Source: an uncultured Acidobacteriota bacterium (lineage in GTDB: Bacteria > Acidobacteriota > JAAYUB01). Taken from it: DNA of 64,000 nucleotides. The notes beneath the pieces are model-generated. The model had not been told where the DNA came from, searched no databases, and saw nothing but the letters and a program-made list of their open reading frames with translations. Numbering within the stretch: position 1 is the stretch's first letter; each line of letters starts with the position of its first letter. Of this stretch, positions 40,601 through 49,360 are shown piece after piece. The stretch covers positions 3,041 through 67,040 of the forward strand of contig CAYTBK010000005.1 of assembly GCA_964436005.1 (NCBI GenBank), read 5' to 3'. The position numbers were made by a program, and so were the translations under genes.

Positions 40601-43600
40601 GGCTCCCGGGCCGTGGACAACACGGTGCGCGGGTGCCGGCTCGGCTTCGACGCGGAGTCGCGGCTCGCCCCGTCCGCGCTGGGGCTGAACAACGGCATCA
40701 TCGTGGAACAGGGCGCGTCGAGAAACCACATCGGCATGGATTCCGCCCCCCTCGGGCGGAAGATGCTGCCCGGAGAAGGGGCTCCCGCCGGCAACCTCAT
40801 CGCCAACTGCCGGGAAAACGGCGTGTGGATCCGAGACGACAAGACGACGGGCAACGTCCTGAATTGCAACCTGATCGGTTCGACGGACCAGTCCCTTGCG
40901 CCCGGCAACGGCAACGGGGTGAGCATCGCCTGGTCTCCCGCCAACTGCGTGGGCGGCGCCAGCGAGTACGCCGGCAACCTCATCGCGGGCAACGTCCTCA
41001 ACGGAGTGCTGGTGACCGGCGAGGCGGCCACGGGGAACCGCATCACCCGCAACTGCATCTACGGCAACGGCATGCTGGGCATCGACCTGAGCCACCTGGA
41101 CGGCGTGGGCGACGGTCCGGAAGCCGATCTCGCGCAGTGCAAGCGGCGCGGGCCGAACCACTTCATGCCCGCTCCGGCCATCGAGCGCTACGGGTATCGG
41201 GAAGGGGACGGCGCCGGCCTGTTCACCGTCTGGGGCAAGACCCTCCCGTTCGCCCGCGTGGAAGCCTACCAGGCGGAGCGGGACCCGTCCGGCTTCGGCG
41301 AGGGGCGGCTGTTCCTGGGGAACGCCGAGGCGGATGCCACCGGCGCCTTCGCCGTGACCTTCCCCCTGGCCGTGGGCCAGGCCGTGACGCTGCTGGCGGA
41401 AGCGGAAGGGGACTCCTCGGAGTTTTCCTCCTGTTTCGTCATGAACGCCGTGAGCGACGACCGCAGCGTCGACGACATCCGCAACGTCGAGAACATGCTC
41501 CTCTTCGCCGTGGGCGTGCCACGCCAGTGCGAGATCCTCTTCGGGCGCTCCCAGGAGGAGGGGGTGACCCTGAAGACCAGCCTGACCATGAATGGGGAAG
41601 CTCCCGTCACCGATACCGTCACGCTCAAGGCGCTCCGCAGCCTGGTGGCCTTCCCCATGACGGTGCCGACGGCGGGCACGGGCTGGCTGGACCTGGAACT
41701 GGCCGGCTCCGGGAGGGAAACCTCCCAGGCCAGGCTGCTCGTGTACGCCGACGACGCGGAGGCCGTCGAGCCGGGGGCGGACCTTTCCCTGACCCGCACC
41801 CTGGACGGCCCCACGCCCTTCCGGCTGTTCAAGGTGTCGGGGCAGGCCGGGCAGATCCTGGACGTGCAGGTCTCGAGCGCCGACGCTTCCGACCCGGCGG
41901 TGTACCCCTGCCTGAAGATCTTCGGGACGCGCGCCTCCTACCTGAACGTCAACAGCCGCAACGACGAGAGCACCCACGCCTTCGCCCAGGTCCGGCTGCC
42001 GGAGTCGGGGGACTTCTTCATCGCCGTGTCGGACCTGTACCTGCGGCAGGGAAGCGCCATGAGCTTCGTCCTGAAAGCCGTTCTGAACGACAATCCGGAC
42101 CCGGTGGAGGAATCGTTCGGGGTCCGGGACCCCCTCGCCATGCCCGGACGGCCCGGCCGCATCGCCGTGGGCGACCTGGACGGCGACGGCTGGCCCGACA
42201 TGGTCTCCACCCTGCCGTCCGCCCGGGCGCTGGCGGTTTCCTACAAGATCCCGGGGGAAACGGCCGGTTTCGCCTCCCCTGTACAAGTGAATCTGGATTA
42301 TGAGCCCTCCGACGTCACCCTCGAGGACGTCGACGGGAACGGCCGGCTGGACATCCTCGTCGCCGACGCCGCGGGCGGCGGGGTGCACGTCCTCTACAAC
42401 CCCGGGCGCGTCAGCGAGGCCAGCGGGGCCAGGCTGACCCGCGCGGGCCGGTTCTTCCGGGCCAGGGCGGCCGGCGGCGACGTGGGCGGCGGGGGCGACT
42501 TCAACGTGGACGGCTTTGCCGACTACGCGCTGCTCTCCTCCAGCGGCGGGACCCTCCAGGTGTTCCTGAACGACAAGACGGGGCTGCTGGTCGCCGGCCA
42601 GGTCATTTCGGCCGGCCCGTCTCCCCGCGGCATGGCCGTGGACGATTTCGACGTGGACGGTGCGCCCGACATCGCCGTGGCCGTTGCGGGAGACAACGAG
42701 GTGCCCGTGTTCCAGGGCGCGGGGGACGGCAACTTTTCCCTGGCGCGCACGCTCACCGGCTGCAGCACGCCGGTGGACGTCAAGTCCGGCGACCTCAACC
42801 TGGACGGGCTGCCCGACCTGCTCATCCTGAACCAGGGCGCCGCCCAGTTCCAGGGCTTCCTGGGGGTGGGTTCGCTCGAGTTCTCCTACCAGCAGGCGCA
42901 GTCCACCGGCGCCGTCCCCAACTCCATGGCCGTGAGCGACCTGAACGTGGACGGCTACAAGGACGTCTCCGTGGCCTGCACGGGCGACGGCAAGATCTAC
43001 GTGTACATGGGGTCCTCCTCCGGCCTCTTCCTCCCCCAGGCCGTCCTGACGAACTCCGGCGACATCAGTTCGCTGGTCTACTACACCACCGGCAACGGGG
43101 CGACCTATTTCGGCGTGCCCCCGGACGACGAGTTCGTGTCCGTGCTGCAGAGCGAGTACCTGGTCATCGATTTCCCCTGCGCCGAGACCGGCGGCGCCTT
43201 CGATTCCGCCTTCGCCCTGGCCAACCCCTCCGCGGAGGACGCCCTGGTGTATCTGTCGCTGGTGGGGCCGGACGGCAAGCTGGTGGTCGATCCCACGGTC
43301 AGCGACCCCGTGGCGGTCACCCTCAAGGCGCACCAGCAGATGTCCTTCTACGCCCAGGGTTTCTTCGGGGACGGGGCCGCGAACTACGCGGCCTGGATGC
43401 GGGTTTCCACCCAGAACCAGGCGGTGAACGGCTTCACCATCCAGGTCCTGACCGGCAGCACCCTGGCCATGGACGGAGCCGGGGGGCAGACCACGGCCAG
43501 CCCGAGGCTCTTCCTCCCGGTCCCGGGCGCTCTTGGCGCGGCGGCGGTCGGGCAGTACAGCGTCACCAACCCCGGCGAGTCCGCCACGGGCGTCACGGTG

Positions 43601-44506
43601 ACCTGCCGGAAAGCCGACGGAACGGTCACGGGCGGCACCTATTCCTTCACGCTGGCGGCCGGCGGGCGCCATTCGTTCGCCTACGCCAGTTGCTTCGCCG
43701 ACGCGGAGGACGCCCTTTCCCTGGAAATCGTGGCCGGCGCGCCCGTGGAATGCCAGTACCTGACCATGGTGTCCGACGTGATGGAGGCGGTCCTGCCGGG
43801 CCTGCCGGTGGACGAGACGGCCACTGGCACGGCGACCCTCTATCTTCCCCACTTCGCCGAGGGAACCATCTTCCGTTCCACCATCGAGCTCTTCAACCCC
43901 GCCGCCGCGGCCGCCGCCGTAACGGTGAGCGCCTGTTCCGACGACGGGTCGCCCCTCGGCGCCACCGCCTCGCTGTCCATTCCGGCCGGAGGCGCCCTGC
44001 GATCCTCCATCGCCGACCTGACCGGCCTCGACCCCGCCTCGGCGGCCGTCATCCAGGGCTTCCTGAAGGTGGAGTCCAGTCAGGCCGGGCTGCTGGGCTG
44101 CGTCACCTTCATGGACCGGGCGGGGGCGGTCATGGCCTCTTCCCTGCCGCTCCAGTCCAAGGTGGGGAACCGTTTCCTCTTCTCGCACCTGGCCGTGGGC
44201 ACCATCGGCGGCATTCCGTACTTCACGGGCATCGCCGTGCTCAACACCGGAGCGGCGGACGTCACGGCCCACTTCACCGTCTACGACATGCTCGGCAACA
44301 AGACGGGCGAAGCCGACGCGCTCATCCCCGCCGGCCGGAAGGTGAGCCGGATGCTCACCGATTTCGTGGGCGGCCTGCCGGCCCAGAACGGCGGGTACGT
44401 GACCCTGACGGCGCCGGAGGGTTCCTCCCTCATGAGCTTCGAGATCTTCGGTGACGATGACCTGACCTTCCTCTCCGCCGTCCCGGCGCAGACCCTGGCC
44501 GAGTGA
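37664..44506 (+). CDS. giant secreted multidomain protein: RCC1 repeats, Ig-like/Fn3 domains, right-handed beta-helix, PPC-like domain, FG-GAP propeller, C-terminal shared modules
   Basis: SD ggggagg; signal peptide; WGxNxxGQLG x7; beta-helix repeats; DLDGDGWPDMVS/DVDGNGRLDILV FG-GAP; C-terminal module ...LMSFEIFGDDD. Confidence 0.85.
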   Translation: MRKGSAGGRLGAAAVWTLLVGCLLAVHSVPLRAGYYTYSWGSNAYGQLGDPAAGTVQLSPYFISALGDSYLTVHAGNGFSVALLSEGMVKAWGKNNQGQLGNGTMGTDMPYPVAVSGLTDVKALSAGDSHVLAVRFDRTVWTWGANTSGQLGDGTSASRDVPSMVGQLAGVVAVAAGGGHSLALRDDGTVWAWGGNSQGQLGIGDTRNRWTPVQVPGLTGVAVIACGKDHSLALKCDGTVWAWGSNDKGQLGIGSSASYVASPAQVRTLGADEASKAMALAAGARHSVAVAADGTAWAWGWNAYGQLGNGGTSDASSPVRCKLADGGETVAVAGGSGHTLAIRTNTGEANFNIVWAWGRNREGQLGVSSLQDKIDPVSTGLGQVSSLSAGYNHSLAQASMVATAPAILFPPLGGDVLRGSSATLTVGASGKPRLQFQWYRGPQYCTTDPVAGAVYPTFVTPPVTAEVSYWVKIQCEDGYVCSTAAVLTPVEGPTITRQPNSPAGCFGQSVSISLSASGTRPLKYHWYEGERGDTSKPVGSNSEAYSLVIEETKKFWVRVTNDYGQADSETATVTLRQAVGILSHPSPTSVYAGESASLVVVPVGDGVTGQWYRGASGDTSAPVGTGLTLNTGPLTASADFWARLTNPCGVADSRAARVTVLTGGPVAPGDVRAVNTSSTAVLLTWFSGNAATAQIEIQRKTGAGGTFAHVATVRGDLTSWSEDGLVSNETYCYRLRAVHVGVASAWSNEACAWLQTCAVPQAKTAGAQVLGASSAVLRGSVVSTQCGATAWFEYGPTLEYGSFSNRISVGQGPGETRFSTQLDGLQNGSVYHFRAAAQNEAGTVYGEDMVLEIHVGTWVVGTLDDPAAGKTGDALSLREALALAEAAAGSDQQIVTFDQSLPAPRIVRLNGPLPPFQRGNVTLEGTMPGSNGGPGTILVTWADGANVNRENAFFSILSPGNVLADLTIGGSNGDGIRILGSRAVDNTVRGCRLGFDAESRLAPSALGLNNGIIVEQGASRNHIGMDSAPLGRKMLPGEGAPAGNLIANCRENGVWIRDDKTTGNVLNCNLIGSTDQSLAPGNGNGVSIAWSPANCVGGASEYAGNLIAGNVLNGVLVTGEAATGNRITRNCIYGNGMLGIDLSHLDGVGDGPEADLAQCKRRGPNHFMPAPAIERYGYREGDGAGLFTVWGKTLPFARVEAYQAERDPSGFGEGRLFLGNAEADATGAFAVTFPLAVGQAVTLLAEAEGDSSEFSSCFVMNAVSDDRSVDDIRNVENMLLFAVGVPRQCEILFGRSQEEGVTLKTSLTMNGEAPVTDTVTLKALRSLVAFPMTVPTAGTGWLDLELAGSGRETSQARLLVYADDAEAVEPGADLSLTRTLDGPTPFRLFKVSGQAGQILDVQVSSADASDPAVYPCLKIFGTRASYLNVNSRNDESTHAFAQVRLPESGDFFIAVSDLYLRQGSAMSFVLKAVLNDNPDPVEESFGVRDPLAMPGRPGRIAVGDLDGDGWPDMVSTLPSARALAVSYKIPGETAGFASPVQVNLDYEPSDVTLEDVDGNGRLDILVADAAGGGVHVLYNPGRVSEASGARLTRAGRFFRARAAGGDVGGGGDFNVDGFADYALLSSSGGTLQVFLNDKTGLLVAGQVISAGPSPRGMAVDDFDVDGAPDIAVAVAGDNEVPVFQGAGDGNFSLARTLTGCSTPVDVKSGDLNLDGLPDLLILNQGAAQFQGFLGVGSLEFSYQQAQSTGAVPNSMAVSDLNVDGYKDVSVACTGDGKIYVYMGSSSGLFLPQAVLTNSGDISSLVYYTTGNGATYFGVPPDDEFVSVLQSEYLVIDFPCAETGGAFDSAFALANPSAEDALVYLSLVGPDGKLVVDPTVSDPVAVTLKAHQQMSFYAQGFFGDGAANYAAWMRVSTQNQAVNGFTIQVLTGSTLAMDGAGGQTTASPRLFLPVPGALGAAAVGQYSVTNPGESATGVTVTCRKADGTVTGGTYSFTLAAGGRHSFAYASCFADAEDALSLEIVAGAPVECQYLTMVSDVMEAVLPGLPVDETATGTATLYLPHFAEGTIFRSTIELFNPAAAAAAVTVSACSDDGSPLGATASLSIPAGGALRSSIADLTGLDPASAAVIQGFLKVESSQAGLLGCVTFMDRAGAVMASSLPLQSKVGNRFLFSHLAVGTIGGIPYFTGIAVLNTGAADVTAHFTVYDMLGNKTGEADALIPAGRKVSRMLTDFVGGLPAQNGGYVTLTAPEGSSLMSFEIFGDDDLTFLSAVPAQTLAE

Positions 44507-44519
44507 AGGGGGGACCGTG

Positions 44520-45890
44520 ATGATGAGCGCTCGCCGTTTCCTCGCCGCCCTGCCCGCGTTCCTCGCCCTGTGGGCGGCCGCTCTGGCCCAGGGGCCCGGC
44601 AACCCCATGCCCAACTACCCTTTCCAGAGCTTCCGCTTCAACTTCATCAACCCGGGGGCCCGCGCCAGCGGCATGGGGCAGGCCTACATCGCCCTGGCCG
44701 ACGACGCCACCGGCGCGGAAACCAATCCCGCCGGCCTGTGCGCCCTCGTGCAGCCGCAGTTCTTCGTGGAGGGCCGCAACATCCGCAACCGCTTCGACAA
44801 CCTCTACCTGCAGGACGCCGACACCGTCGGCCGGGAGGATGTCTGGACCGGAAAATACTCCCCCACCTTCGTCAGCCTGGTGTTCCCCTTCCGGCAGTGG
44901 GCGGTGAGCGCCTACCGGCAGGAGCTGGCCAACTACGACCTGGGCAAGACCCAGGATTCCTTCACGGTCCCCGGTGTTCTGTTCCTGGGCCAGTATCCCG
45001 TCACGCTGAACACCTACACCACGGACATTTCCCTGAAGACGGTGAACTGGGGCCTGTCCCTCTCCCGGCGCTGGGGGGAGCGCGTCAACGTGGGCTTCTC
45101 CGCCCGGGCCACGGAAGTGAGCCTGGACACCCGGGAGACCGTGCCGGCCAGCGAGCTCGGCCCGGCCTACGCGGTGCCCGCCGGCGACGTGTCGGCCCGG
45201 ATGATGCGCTGCCGGGGGTCCGCCCTCTCCTGGAGCTGGACGGCGGGCTTCATCGTCAAGCCGGTGGACTGGCTGCGGATCGGCGGCGTCTTCCGCTCCG
45301 GCTCGTCGCACCGGCTGGAGATGGTCTTCAACGAGAACCTGTTCCTGAAGCTGAACAACCAGCCCCTGCGGTCCACCATGGACTTCGACCTGCGGGTACC
45401 CCGGCGCTGGGGCGTCGGGGTGGCCGTCTCGCCCGACGACCGCACCGTCGTCACCTGCGATTTCGTGCGCATCGACTACAGCGAGATGACGCCCGCCTTC
45501 ACCGGGTACATCCAGCGGGAGTTCCGCGACGACTACGCCTTCGCCGACGGCACCTCCTTCCGCCTGGGCTTCGAGCGGACCTTCATCCTCGGCCGCACGC
45601 CCCTGGCCCTGCGGGCGGGCTACTATTCCGACCCCGACAACACCCTGCACTTCGTGGGCGACCGGTCCCACAACGACGTCATCTACTTCGCCGGCCTGTA
45701 CCACCCGGCCGACGAGGTCTACAGCAACTTCGAGAGCTTGCAGGGGATGATCTTCAGCGAGGCGGGCACCGACCACCACTTCACCTTCGGCGCCGGCGTC
45801 ACCGTGAAGAACCACCTGCAGCTGGAGTTCGCCGGCGACCTCGCTTCCGCCCGGACCAACCTCGTCCTCTCCGTCCTCTACAACTTCTGA
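44520..45890 (+). CDS. FadL/TodX/OmpP1-family outer-membrane beta-barrel transporter
   Basis: Signal peptide; N-terminal GARASGMGQAYIALADDATGAETNPAGL hallmark; C-terminal ...YNF. Confidence 0.7.
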   Translation: MMSARRFLAALPAFLALWAAALAQGPGNPMPNYPFQSFRFNFINPGARASGMGQAYIALADDATGAETNPAGLCALVQPQFFVEGRNIRNRFDNLYLQDADTVGREDVWTGKYSPTFVSLVFPFRQWAVSAYRQELANYDLGKTQDSFTVPGVLFLGQYPVTLNTYTTDISLKTVNWGLSLSRRWGERVNVGFSARATEVSLDTRETVPASELGPAYAVPAGDVSARMMRCRGSALSWSWTAGFIVKPVDWLRIGGVFRSGSSHRLEMVFNENLFLKLNNQPLRSTMDFDLRVPRRWGVGVAVSPDDRTVVTCDFVRIDYSEMTPAFTGYIQREFRDDYAFADGTSFRLGFERTFILGRTPLALRAGYYSDPDNTLHFVGDRSHNDVIYFAGLYHPADEVYSNFESLQGMIFSEAGTDHHFTFGAGVTVKNHLQLEFAGDLASARTNLVLSVLYNF

Positions 45891-46041
45891 AAATCGACCT
45901 GGAGGGGATATCTGATTTGACCACCAAGACACAAAGACAGAGGGAGCGTGTTTGGTCTTTCGGAAAACGATGAAAATGTTCAAGAAACCGATGCGCGAGA
46001 GGAAAGGGAGCAAACGTGAGGAGAGGAGGGGAGGTGCGGCG

Positions 46042-47208
46042 ATGAACAGACGGTGGCTGGTGCTGTGGCTGCAGGCGAGCGGGTGGCTGGCGCTGGCCGG
46101 CGGGGTGGCGGGGCAGGAGGCTCCCGCCCCGGGACCGGCGGCGGGGCGGGAGACTGTCGCGGCGGCGGGGGTTGACCGGGCGGCGGTGCCCGAGCTCATG
46201 CGGCAGGGGAAATGGGAGGAAGCGGGGCGGGCCGTCGCGGCCCTGCTCGCCGCGGACCCGGCGGACGCCGAGGCGTACGGGTGGCGCCGGCAGATCGAGC
46301 CCGTCGACCGCTGGCCCGTCGTGGTGAAGTGCGGCAACGAGATGGTGACGGCCGAACTCTGGCTGCGCCGCCAATGGCTGGGCCTGGACCTGCCCCAGCC
46401 CGACGGAAGCCTGCGGCGGCTGTTCCAGTGGCCGCTGGCGGCGGTGGACGCCAACTACGCCGAGTCCACCGCCTGGGTGCAGCCGGGTTACGGCGTGGTG
46501 GGCCACGGGCTGAAGATCAAGGTGGGGAGCGAGAAACACCAGGTGTTCACCCGCTTCCCCTTCTTCGAGGCGATCTCCATGGAGCGGCGCATCCGCAGCT
46601 GGCAGGTCAGGGCCGGCCGGCCCGAGGCGGCCCCGCCGGTGAACCCGGCCGCGGTCGTCCGCGGCAAGGACGCCGCCGGGCTGAAGGAGACCTTCCTCTC
46701 GTCCGCCCGTGACGGTCGCTGGGAAGCGGCCGCGGCCTGCCTGCAGGCCCTGGTGGCCCTGGCGCCCGACGACCCGGACCTGCCCCGGCTGCGGGCGGAG
46801 GCCGAGGTGGTGCGGCAGTGGCGGGTGCGGACCTGGTCGCCCTCCGACGGGTACGCGGGCACCCTGACCCTGCGCCGGGGCTGGCTCACCCTGGAGGCGG
46901 AGGACTACGGTGGCAACCCGAAGAAGCCCCAGAAGAACGAATCCTTCCACTTCCCCCTGTCGGCCCTGCGGGAGGCCTCGGTGTGCAGCGAGAGGGACTA
47001 TGGGGCCAAGGTGGGAAGCGGCGGGGCGCTGGACATGGTGCCGGGCTGGGCCTCGACCGTGGCCACGGGCAAGGTCTTCGGGGTGGAACTGTCCTTCGCC
47101 GGCGCCGGCGCCAGGTGGAAGCTGATCCTGCGCGGGGAGAGCTGCGGGAAGTACGACGCCGAGAACGCCGCCTCGGTCCTCAATGCCGGGCGGGGGGCGT
47201 CACGTTGA
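46042..47208 (+). CDS. hypothetical secreted protein
   Basis: Strong SD gaggaggggagg; signal peptide MNRRWLVLWLQASGWLALAGG. Confidence 0.55.
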   Translation: MNRRWLVLWLQASGWLALAGGVAGQEAPAPGPAAGRETVAAAGVDRAAVPELMRQGKWEEAGRAVAALLAADPADAEAYGWRRQIEPVDRWPVVVKCGNEMVTAELWLRRQWLGLDLPQPDGSLRRLFQWPLAAVDANYAESTAWVQPGYGVVGHGLKIKVGSEKHQVFTRFPFFEAISMERRIRSWQVRAGRPEAAPPVNPAAVVRGKDAAGLKETFLSSARDGRWEAAAACLQALVALAPDDPDLPRLRAEAEVVRQWRVRTWSPSDGYAGTLTLRRGWLTLEAEDYGGNPKKPQKNESFHFPLSALREASVCSERDYGAKVGSGGALDMVPGWASTVATGKVFGVELSFAGAGARWKLILRGESCGKYDAENAASVLNAGRGASR

Positions 47209-47210
47209 TT

Positions 47211-47240
47211 CCGTAGGCGCCTTCCGCCGGAAGGCGCACC
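47211..47240 (+). repeat. REP-like element (GTAG head + 9-bp perfect palindrome)
   Basis: ccGTAG-gcgccttcc-gccg-ggaaggcgc immediately after a stop codon; second copy at 62022. Confidence 0.6.
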
Positions 47241-47824
47241 CGCAGGCAGGATCTCGGGCGCATCGTGCGCCGCCCCGGAGTGTGGCGGCGAGTCGGCGAG
47301 CCGCCGCTTTCGGCACGGTCCATGGGCGAAAGCGGGCCCGTACCGACCGGACATCCTCATGCATTTCGTCGTGGCCTTCGTTCGGCTCGGAGGCATATTG
47401 CAGAACCCGGTTTCCGGTGCGGCACGGGCGCCGGTTTCGTTCTGCTTCCGCAGGCGAGGGACGTGTGCGGAAAGCGGCAGCTCGGGGCTCGCTGCCGCAC
47501 TCCTGACCTTCGGCTTCGGCACGGCAGCATGGAACGAGAATGCACCGGGCCGCACCCGGCGCCTTTCTCTTTGCCCTTGGGTGCGCCTTGCAGCGCAAGT
47601 CGCCTTCGCCCGGCGCTTGCGCCCCCCCGTGCCCCCGTGGGCCCGATGAGAGAATCCGCCAACCGCGGCCGGGAAGCCTGTTTCTTTTCTTGATCTTTGC
47701 CGGGCCGTCGGCAGGTCTTGCGGGAAGCCCATCCCTTGCCGGAATGCCGGGGCGGGCCGTGCAGCCCCCGATCAGTTTCCCGCAGGAAAACGATAACCAT
47801 AGCCCGACAATCCAGTTACCAAGA

Positions 47825-47961
47825 TCTTTCCCGTAGGGATCAATTTCCATGGGGTATCCGAGCCAATCGAATCCGAACGTCTGCAGGGTATTCATGCCCT
47901 CCGGGCAAGGGCACCGGGGAACGAATCCGGCGGCTATGGACATGTATGCCCTCCGGGCAAC
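47825..47961. repeat. composite dispersed repeat, copy A
   Basis: Units tttcccgtagggatcaat and 2x attcatgccctccgggcaa; ~85% identical to the reverse complement of 57625-57842. Confidence 0.6.
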
Positions 47962-47963
47962 CG

Positions 47964-48107
47964 AACAGCCCCGCTGTTTTTTCTCTGTCGGGACCCGATC
48001 AGTGCCCTTCCCACGCCATCGGCGTGGGATACCTCAGCCCGGGGTTGGCGTTTCGCCAACCCCGGGAAAGAGCGTCACACAACCGTGAATCCCTGAAGGG
48101 GATTCAC
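47964..48107. repeat. cluster of four hairpins, three of them perfect palindromes, in a convergent intergenic region
   Basis: aacagc-ccc-gctgtt+T-run (47964-47982); cccacgcc/ggcgtggg (48010-48028); 13-bp cccggggttggcg/cgccaaccccggg (48038-48066); gtgaatccc/gggattcac (48085-48107). Confidence 0.5.
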
Positions 48108-48213
48108 GGGCGTACGGAAAGGATGACGACGGCAGCTTCTGCCAAAATCCAGGTGCGCCTTGCATCGCCAGGCGGAAGTTCTCTTTAATTTCTGGTCGTC
48201 GATGGTTTGGACG

Positions 48214-49164
48214 TCAGCGTTCCGGGGGAGGATGAGACAAAAAATGCTGCCGGGCGAACTTCCTGGCCTTGGGATAGTGCCACCAGTTGTGCCAGGCAGC
48301 CTTCCGCAGCAGCCGCTTCTCGAGAACGAGGCTCGCGGTCTTTTGCCAGACCATGCCGTCGACCTGGGTGAACAACCGCTCCACGAGTTCCAGGCAGTAC
48401 GGGCGCAGGAAGTTGGCCTCCGGGGTGTGCCAGTCCCCCTCGATATTGTCGGGGAAGATGAAGATCAACAGCCCGCCCGGCTCGAGCGCCCGGATCAGTT
48501 GGATGAGTAATTCCAGCGGGTTCAGGGTGTGTTCCAACACATCCATGACGTGGATGACGTTGTGGCGGCCGAAGACGGTCCGCCTCCTGGTCCGGACCCG
48601 GCACTGGTCGCCGGTGACCTTGTCGTGGGTGGGGATTCTCTCCACCTTGACTTGAGGGACAGAGCGGAACTTATGCCGACAGTATGCCACCAGAACCGGG
48701 TTGATGTCGCAGAGATGGAAGTCGAATCCCGGCTGGTCGACCAGCGTTTCCACCAGGTTGGCAGTTCCGCAGCCGTAGTCCAGAAAGGACATTTTCCTGT
48801 CTACCGATTGTTGCTGGAAATCAAGAAGGATTTTTTTCAGATAGGAATAGCTGGCCAGGCTTTCGGGGGTGCGCCGATAAATCTCATTCTGCAATACGTT
48901 TACGCCGAGCGCGTTCCACCCCCCCCCTAAACCCTTGACATGCCAACATTTATCGCGTATGATGCCCTCCCGGATGATTTTCGTTTCCGCAGAATCGTAA
49001 CGCTCCACCCAGGGTTCGAGTTCGCCGAACGGATGCGGCCAATCCTGGACCCGGTTGCCCAGGAAGACTTGGTACACCAGTTTGATGTCCGCCACCGGCA
49101 TCTCAAAGTGATCCGCGAAATCCTTGATCCATTGCAATTGCGTGAAATCCTTGTCGTTGTTCAT
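48214..49164 (-). CDS. class I SAM-dependent methyltransferase (lower GC than surroundings)
   Basis: SD aaggaga; LDYGCGTANL and VIHVMDVLEH motifs; GC noticeably lower (~50-55%). Confidence 0.75.
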   Translation of the reverse strand: MNNDKDFTQLQWIKDFADHFEMPVADIKLVYQVFLGNRVQDWPHPFGELEPWVERYDSAETKIIREGIIRDKCWHVKGLGGGWNALGVNVLQNEIYRRTPESLASYSYLKKILLDFQQQSVDRKMSFLDYGCGTANLVETLVDQPGFDFHLCDINPVLVAYCRHKFRSVPQVKVERIPTHDKVTGDQCRVRTRRRTVFGRHNVIHVMDVLEHTLNPLELLIQLIRALEPGGLLIFIFPDNIEGDWHTPEANFLRPYCLELVERLFTQVDGMVWQKTASLVLEKRLLRKAAWHNWWHYPKARKFARQHFLSHPPPER

Positions 49165-49360
49165 CCTGTCGTCTCCTTGGCAAAGGCGCCGGAAGCAACC
49201 CGCGGCCGCCACCTCGCCCTGGCTGAAAATAACTCAATTTCCCGCCAAGAGCATGGAATGTCAAGCGAAAATACGCTGTAGCTACTTCTATTGTATTTAA
49301 GATGTAGCTTTCCGGTTCTCTGCGCCATCGCTGGCGGGAGAGGGAGAAAGTAGCGAACCG

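Noticed and set aside
36812-44614. 2600-aa minus-strand ORF
   Set aside because: It is the antisense shadow of the RCC1/FG-GAP gene at 37664-44506. Its translation is Arg/Gly/Pro-rich low-complexity text with no motifs; only its last 615 nt (36812-37426) look like a real gene.
44430-46950. Minus-strand ORFs 44430-46454 and 45799-46950, and the +1-frame ORF 44570-45973
   Set aside because: Shadows of the FadL-like OMP and the secreted hypothetical gene; no motifs.
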